Part shown: positions 15,867 to 20,700 of the stretch, piece after piece
Layout: every line of letters starts with the position of its first letter
How positions within the stretch are numbered: the first letter of the stretch is position 1
Assembly: GCA_041736305.1 (NCBI GenBank)
Contig: JBGSTX010000078.1
Span: 1 to 20,700, forward strand
DNA: 20,700 bases
From: Oligoflexus sp.
Lineage (GTDB): Bacteria > Bdellovibrionota_B > Oligoflexia > Oligoflexales > Oligoflexaceae
Direction of reading: 5' to 3'
Made by a program: the position numbers and the translations under genes
The notes under the pieces: model-generated
What the model was told of the DNA's origin: nothing
Seen by the model: the letters and a program-made list of their open reading frames with translations, nothing else
Databases searched by the model: none

Positions 15867-18062
15867 TCAGTACTCGATAGCTTCGTTCACCCTGCAAGCG
15901 TCGAACTTAGTACTGAATTTAAAGCTGCTGGTCGCTGAGAACTTGTTGCCGTCATCGTGAGTTTTCAGTCCGAAGCGAGATATTGACAACCACCGTCCAT
16001 CCAGCTTGATCAAGCGATTGATATCGAGCGACTGAACGGCTTCCTGCCACCAGACTCCCTGAGTCATAATAGGCAAGCAGCTCTTTGGCACTAGGTCGCG
16101 ATGCGAACTACGACCTAATTCGACCAGCTTATTCTCCGCAACTCTATAAGCTACTGCACCTGAAAATTGCAGCTCGCTGCCGTAATCTGACCCTCCTTCT
16201 TCCTCCTTGCCTGTCAACTCGACGAGCGGAAAGCTAAAAATCTTGCTCGCTGCATCATAGAAGAAGGCATGATGATCGCCGGTGACATCCGAGTAGCTGC
16301 CTCGTTGACCGTGGACTTTGTTATCGATTCGTTTGAGATCCTGCGGACGGCTTGCATCGAAGAGCGACACCTGAATTCCTTGATACCATGCGAATTCGCC
16401 TTGATCATCGGCATCGTAGCCGAGTCCAAGGAGTCGATTATTCCCTAGAGGATGCAGATACATCGAAAAACCAGGAATGAACAGCTCCCCTTCGAGCATC
16501 GGTTTGAGGGGGTTCGACATATTGATGGCGTAGAGCGGATCGGTCTTCTTAAAGGTCACCATATAGGCATAATCGCCTGTAAAACGAACCGCACGAATGT
16601 CTTCGCCAGGCTTACCGTAATGGTACAGACCATTCACAAGCTTGAGTTGACCTGCGTCAGACTTCAGTATCCAGAGATGATTGAGACCCTCACCCACTAT
16701 TTTTCCTGGATATTTCTGAGCTGCTAAATCTGCTTCGTAAGAGGTCGTCGCTACGGCTAGCACTCCCTTGTCCACGTACTCCTTAAAGCTGAATTGATTG
16801 CGAATAAAGCCTCTTACCGAACCAGTAGCCTTGAGCCTGACAATCTCCGCCTGAGGGTCAACCGCAATCTGATTGATAAAGAGAGAGTCCCTCATTGCGC
16901 TATATATGTCTTTCTTTGGCTCCTTACCTGGCTCCACCCAAGGTTGCCAGTTGAGACCGGATTTGGTGGTGTAGATATGTTTGGAGCTCATATATATTTC
17001 ACCGCTCGAACCGAGCGTTGCAACCATGGATGGAGCTTTGCGGAGATCATTGGTGTTGATACCAATAACTTTGGTAAGAGAAAAATCCATATCAGGTAGC
17101 TTTGGTTTAGTGATCGCATTGCAGGGAACGCCCTGCACCTTCTGCTCTTGCGTGATGACGGGATGATCTGTCACGACTCCATCTAGGCTTCTATCGACCA
17201 GATGCAGCTCGTCTCGTAAAACCAAATAAAGATGATTCGCCATAAAGCGAGAATTGACATAGTCACCCACAAAGTCCTGCTGATATAGCTTCACTGGCAA
17301 GGATTTGGCTTTGGTTTGAAAAACCATGACTCGCACCTGCCTGGGACTGGGTGAGGGCCTAAAGGAAGACGAACCTACAGAATAAGATTCGTAGATTGAT
17401 GGAGGGTTGAGCTGATCGGTAGCGACTTCGCCGACCAAGGTAAGGCGTTCACCGTCGCTGTACATCTTGATTCCGCTTATGAAGCGAGTATGTTCGCTCG
17501 GGTCAGTGGGAAACTCCTGCTCTAGTTCTACAGAACCCACGGGTTTCAGAGTTTTCCTATCGATGACTTCGAGCTTGTTCTGATGCAGTATATAGAGGCT
17601 GGAGTCTGTAACTTTAACAAAGTCTGCTTCATCGACGCCTTTCTCTTGGATATTAGTAATGGCGTTGGGATCTTCTACTCCCTCCGCGCTGCTGGCTTCC
17701 TCTTGCTGGGCTGGGGCACTCTCCTGCATGATGGGGCCGTCTTTGTTGATCTTCTTCCAGTACTCACGTTCTGCTAGATCGCTCTTAAGCTTGATCTGCA
17801 GATGTTTGCGTACAGTCGCCTGCATATCGTTGCAGCTGCGGAAGGTCGCCCTATCGGCGGCTGAAGATATGGAGCCCGTACTGAGGGTCTGCAGTTCCTC
17901 AGCCGCCTCGATAAACGCCTGCTGAGGATCCCCCAACTCCGCTAACTGCGCGTCAGCGACTCGCTGCTTCTCTTTCTCTTCGCTGCTTCGACCGCAGGCT
18001 ACCGCACTCAAGAGCGCAAGACTCGCGTATAAAATTCGTCGCGTACCACCGAATGTGTCCAC
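15867..18062 (-). CDS. Beta-propeller domain lipoprotein (Beta_propel family)
   Basis: TNIQEKGVDEADFVK, NQFSFKE, GEDIRAVRF..YMVTFKKTDPLY..GELFIPGFSMYLHP, SLFD motifs. Lipobox AVAC. AGGAG SD before GTG. Confidence 0.9.
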   Translation of the reverse strand: MDTFGGTRRILYASLALLSAVACGRSSEEKEKQRVADAQLAELGDPQQAFIEAAEELQTLSTGSISSAADRATFRSCNDMQATVRKHLQIKLKSDLAEREYWKKINKDGPIMQESAPAQQEEASSAEGVEDPNAITNIQEKGVDEADFVKVTDSSLYILHQNKLEVIDRKTLKPVGSVELEQEFPTDPSEHTRFISGIKMYSDGERLTLVGEVATDQLNPPSIYESYSVGSSSFRPSPSPRQVRVMVFQTKAKSLPVKLYQQDFVGDYVNSRFMANHLYLVLRDELHLVDRSLDGVVTDHPVITQEQKVQGVPCNAITKPKLPDMDFSLTKVIGINTNDLRKAPSMVATLGSSGEIYMSSKHIYTTKSGLNWQPWVEPGKEPKKDIYSAMRDSLFINQIAVDPQAEIVRLKATGSVRGFIRNQFSFKEYVDKGVLAVATTSYEADLAAQKYPGKIVGEGLNHLWILKSDAGQLKLVNGLYHYGKPGEDIRAVRFTGDYAYMVTFKKTDPLYAINMSNPLKPMLEGELFIPGFSMYLHPLGNNRLLGLGYDADDQGEFAWYQGIQVSLFDASRPQDLKRIDNKVHGQRGSYSDVTGDHHAFFYDAASKIFSFPLVELTGKEEEGGSDYGSELQFSGAVAYRVAENKLVELGRSSHRDLVPKSCLPIMTQGVWWQEAVQSLDINRLIKLDGRWLSISRFGLKTHDDGNKFSATSSFKFSTKFDACRVNEAIEY

Positions 18063-18282
18063 TTTAGATTCTCCTATTAGGCCATCCTGGCCGATAATGA
18101 TCTGTCCCTGTTTAGAGACAGATGCTGCATCCTAAGAGAAAGCTTAATGAAAGAACATGCGTAGAATTATGAGGCGGGAGGGGAGGAACGTAGGAGATAA
18201 AAAGGCTTTTTCCCCTGCATCTATAGTGCTTCTGAGCGGCCGAAGAGGCAATGAAAGGAGATCATCTTGAGAACGAAATTAA

Positions 18283-19200
18283 TTACTTTGCTTTCTCGCT
18301 GGCAAAGCGAAAAAGCTGTACACCCCGGAGCCGAGCTGGGTTTTCCTGGGCCTTTATATAGGCTAAGAGGTCTACATCCATGACGCGCCGATGAATAGTC
18401 GATGCATGTCTGAGGATCATTCTGCCGGCTTTAATAAAGAAGAATCCCTGATGAGTAACTTGGACATATTTAGGCTTGAGCGAGCTCTCCGGCTTAACAA
18501 AGTTCACCATAAGTCCCCCTTTTGCCAGCTCATGCTCGAGTCTGGTCCAGGCCAATGGATCTTCGAGCAAAGATTTATAAGTGAGATAAGCTAAGGGCAC
18601 ATCCTGAGCTCGATCCTGCGCAAAAGCCAGAGGATAGCCTGACAATTGAGATGGGTGATATTTCTGCAGCCAGCTGCGGCGGTCTATATGAGTGAGTGCT
18701 TTGACTGGTACAATGCCGAGGTTATCAGTAGCATCTTCAATCGACTTTTTTTCGCTGTGATAAGGCACCCAATCGCGAGCAATGAAATGCAAGCGATCAA
18801 AGAAACCCACCTTGCCAGCTCGGTAGCGTATCTTCTGGAGCTCATCTTTCCAGGCGGGACCTTGGAGCGAGCTGCGGCTGATCGCCCAAACAGTTTCTAC
18901 CAGAGTCGTACAATCGAAAGCGTCGAGTCGCTCAAGCGGATCGGGATCATAGCTTCCTGCCCCCTCCCCCAAAGCATTATTAAGATAAGGTGCACCGATG
19001 AAGCGCTCACTTACTTCGAAGAGGCGCTGACCAATTTTTAGTTCGGCATCGGAGGGTGGAATCCAGGCTGGCGGAATCTTCGCTGACGATTCTTCGGCCA
19101 AGATCCTGGAAGGCAGAGCGAGCCCGCCAGTGAGAAAAAGGCTAAAGCTGACGCAAAGACCTCGAGCATACTTTCGCATACGCATTGAACTTAACCGCAA
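18283..19200 (-). CDS. DUF1460 / N-acetylmuramoyl-L-alanine amidase-like protein (NlpC/P60 superfamily)
   Basis: FIGAPY..LGEG..DAFDCTTLVETV (catalytic Cys), IRY, RLHF, VTHQGF, LRHAS. Signal peptide present. Exact start uncertain (TTG 19200 or ATG 19185). Confidence 0.87.
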   Translation of the reverse strand: MRLSSMRMRKYARGLCVSFSLFLTGGLALPSRILAEESSAKIPPAWIPPSDAELKIGQRLFEVSERFIGAPYLNNALGEGAGSYDPDPLERLDAFDCTTLVETVWAISRSSLQGPAWKDELQKIRYRAGKVGFFDRLHFIARDWVPYHSEKKSIEDATDNLGIVPVKALTHIDRRSWLQKYHPSQLSGYPLAFAQDRAQDVPLAYLTYKSLLEDPLAWTRLEHELAKGGLMVNFVKPESSLKPKYVQVTHQGFFFIKAGRMILRHASTIHRRVMDVDLLAYIKAQENPARLRGVQLFRFASEKAK

Positions 19201-19216
19201 ATGAAGGTGTTCCTTC

Positions 19217-19246
19217 AGCTTACGCTAGCGGCCAAAGTTCTGTCAA
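19217..19246 (-). promoter_or_regulatory. Putative promoter TTGACA-N18-TAAGCT for the DUF1460 gene
   Basis: Consensus -35 at 19246-19241 and a TANNNT -10 at 19222-19217. Confidence 0.45.
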
Positions 19247-19279
19247 AATAGGTGCCTATGTTTCAGCCGGATCACGATA

Positions 19280-19421
19280 AGCAAAGCAGATCCGAGCAAG
19301 CTTCCCCAAAAGAGGGGCTTACTCGGATCAAAAAACATAAGACCTGGCTCGAGCAATCGTTCGAGGACCATGTTAGGACTACCTTCAAGAAAACCCAGCT
19401 AATGATTTTGAAAATCATTAT
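19280..19421 (-). ncRNA. Candidate Fur-regulated small RNA (or small-ORF mRNA)
   Basis: Own promoter, a Fur box at the predicted start, and a long 3' hairpin at 19289-19329 preceded by U6. Ends are approximate. Confidence 0.35.
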
Positions 19422-19422
19422 C
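19400..19422. promoter_or_regulatory. Fur box
   Basis: GATTTTGAAAATCATTATC (19404-19422) matches GATAATGATAATCATTATC at 16/19 positions. It overlaps the perfect palindrome TAATGATTTT-G-AAAATCATTA (19400-19420). Confidence 0.65.
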
Positions 19423-19427
19423 GATCA

Positions 19428-19457
19428 AAATTAGCGCCAAGCTCATGTCTGTGTCAA
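19428..19457 (-). promoter_or_regulatory. Putative promoter TTGACA-N18-TAATTT
   Basis: Consensus -35 at 19457-19452 and -10 at 19433-19428. The predicted start falls at the edge of the Fur box. Confidence 0.5.
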
Positions 19458-19548
19458 TGGATAGTTACTCCCCAAGTATACGAGCCGACTGTTAAGCTTT
19501 CCTAAAAATATGCAGATGCACGGAGCTTACACAAGCATGTCGAAAGGA

Positions 19549-19577
19549 TCGACTTTCACTACCCGGCCCCCTATAAT
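19549..19577 (+). promoter_or_regulatory. Putative promoter TCGACT-N17-TATAAT for the SRPBCC gene
   Basis: Perfect -10 with 17-nt spacing, about 40 nt upstream of ATG 19619. Confidence 0.5.
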
Positions 19578-19618
19578 AAAGGTATTCCCCATTTTTTGTC
19601 CTTTGCGGAGGTCTTGCG

Positions 19619-20176
19619 ATGAAACGCGTGACTTGGATTCTATTGCTAGCTTTCTCACTCGCGCTAGGGACTATCTTTTTCCTAGCAACAAGACTTTCAC
19701 AGTCCTATTCCGTAGAGAGATCAGTAAAAACCTCGGCTCAGGCTTCTGAAATATTCGCCGTACTGAGCGACTTGCGGAACTTTTCAAAATGGTCCCCCTG
19801 GCAAAAACTCGATCCAAACATGAAAGCTGAATACAGCGGCCCGACTGTAGGTTTAGGATCCAGCTACAGCTGGGAGGGCAATAATGAAGTCGGTGCCGGT
19901 CGCATGACGATTGTTTCCGTCACTCAAGATAGAGCCGTTGGCATCAAGCTTGAGTTCTTTCGCCCATTTCCAGATACCAGTTCTACGATCTGGCAGATAG
20001 ATGAAGAGGACGCCGGCAGCATGCGAAGAATCACCTGGCGCATGGAAGGAACGCGCAGTGGCATTCTACCGAAAGTTTTCCATCTGGTGATGAATATGGA
20101 TAAGCTCATCGGTAGCGACTTCGAGACGGGCCTCAACTCGCTGAAGACCCTCGTCGAAACTCCAAAAAATCCCTAA
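19619..20176 (+). CDS. SRPBCC family protein (polyketide cyclase/dehydrase-like)
   Basis: N-terminal TM segment; YSVERS, WSPWQKLDPNM, GSSYSWEGNNEVGAGRM, KLEFFRPF, MDKLIGSDFETGLNSLK. GGAGG SD. Confidence 0.9.
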   Translation: MKRVTWILLLAFSLALGTIFFLATRLSQSYSVERSVKTSAQASEIFAVLSDLRNFSKWSPWQKLDPNMKAEYSGPTVGLGSSYSWEGNNEVGAGRMTIVSVTQDRAVGIKLEFFRPFPDTSSTIWQIDEEDAGSMRRITWRMEGTRSGILPKVFHLVMNMDKLIGSDFETGLNSLKTLVETPKNP

Positions 20177-20178
20177 GA

Positions 20179-20700
20179 TTAGGGCTGGCCTCCAGCTCCC
20201 GCCTTGGAGACTTCGCGATAGTAGAGTCTCACCTCTTCTTCTCCATATTTTTCCTCGAGATGGAGAAGACCGAAGTGATAGCGCGCTGCAGCCATAAAGT
20301 AGTCGCTAAAAATCGCGTTGATGCTCGCGCCGCCAATGGCTCCCACAAAAGGTAGCATTCCAATAAGAAGCTTCTCCGTCACCGCCAATTCCATATGAGT
20401 CGCGACCCGTGTGATGTATTGCATCAGTGTCGAGGCTGTGCGTTTTTCTAGAGCAGCGATCAGTTCCCGACTCGACGTTTTCGACATGAAATAGGCTGCC
20501 TGGGCCAGGAGTTCGACAAATGAAAGGCGCGAGAGTAGGTAGGACTGGGCTGGATCTTCACCCTCGACCGAAACTCGACTGCCCAGGGTGAATACGTAGA
20601 GACATTCGAGCTGGACTTTAGGGTCCTGTACAGGATGCCCCCAGTCGAGCGCAATACTAGAGATCCCACGGAGCATGATGCCAGTTGAAATCGGCAGCTC
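20179..20700 (-). CDS. EcsC family protein, 3' part (5' end outside the window)
   Basis: Frame is open to the window edge: ELPISTGIMLRGISSIA..G....DP..QLECLYVFTLG..LPFVGAIGGASIN..F..AARYHF..LEEKYG. Confidence 0.8.
   Translation of the reverse strand, partial: ELPISTGIMLRGISSIALDWGHPVQDPKVQLECLYVFTLGSRVSVEGEDPAQSYLLSRLSFVELLAQAAYFMSKTSSRELIAALEKRTASTLMQYITRVATHMELAVTEKLLIGMLPFVGAIGGASINAIFSDYFMAAARYHFGLLHLEEKYGEEEVRLYYREVSKAGAGGQP

Noticed and set aside
1-20700. CRISPR array, tRNA/rRNA, IS element or integrase
   Set aside because: No spaced direct repeats, cloverleaf or rRNA signatures, or transposase/integrase motifs were seen.

Overview
Bacterial chromosomal window of about 50% GC. Its secreted and lipoprotein repertoire suggests an Oligoflexia/Bdellovibrionota-type organism (inference). 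Left to right it holds: a secreted catalase-like-fold protein divergent from a TetR regulator; an un-annotated M28 peptidase C-terminal remnant; a Tat-exported PhoX-family phosphatase; two divergent CotH-kinase lipoproteins; a beta/gamma-crystallin plus YvgO-like lipoprotein; a minus-strand DNA-repair cluster; then DoxX, a membrane-anchored hypothetical, a Beta_propel lipoprotein, a DUF1460 amidase-like protein, SRPBCC and a partial EcsC. Two items stand out. (1) An atypical NHEJ-like cluster with no Ku in the window: DUF72, then a LigD whose ligase domain has lost its adenylation lysine and OB fold while the phosphoesterase and polymerase domains look intact, then an unknown basic/helical protein (possible Ku substitute), a stand-alone minimal ATP-dependent ligase with a KIHGHR motif, and a very acidic protein. 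(2) A 16/19 Fur box at the predicted start of an independently promoted, structured minus-strand transcript in the 19.2-19.6 kb intergenic region, a candidate iron-regulated sRNA or small membrane protein. No rRNA, tRNA, CRISPR array or transposase was seen.
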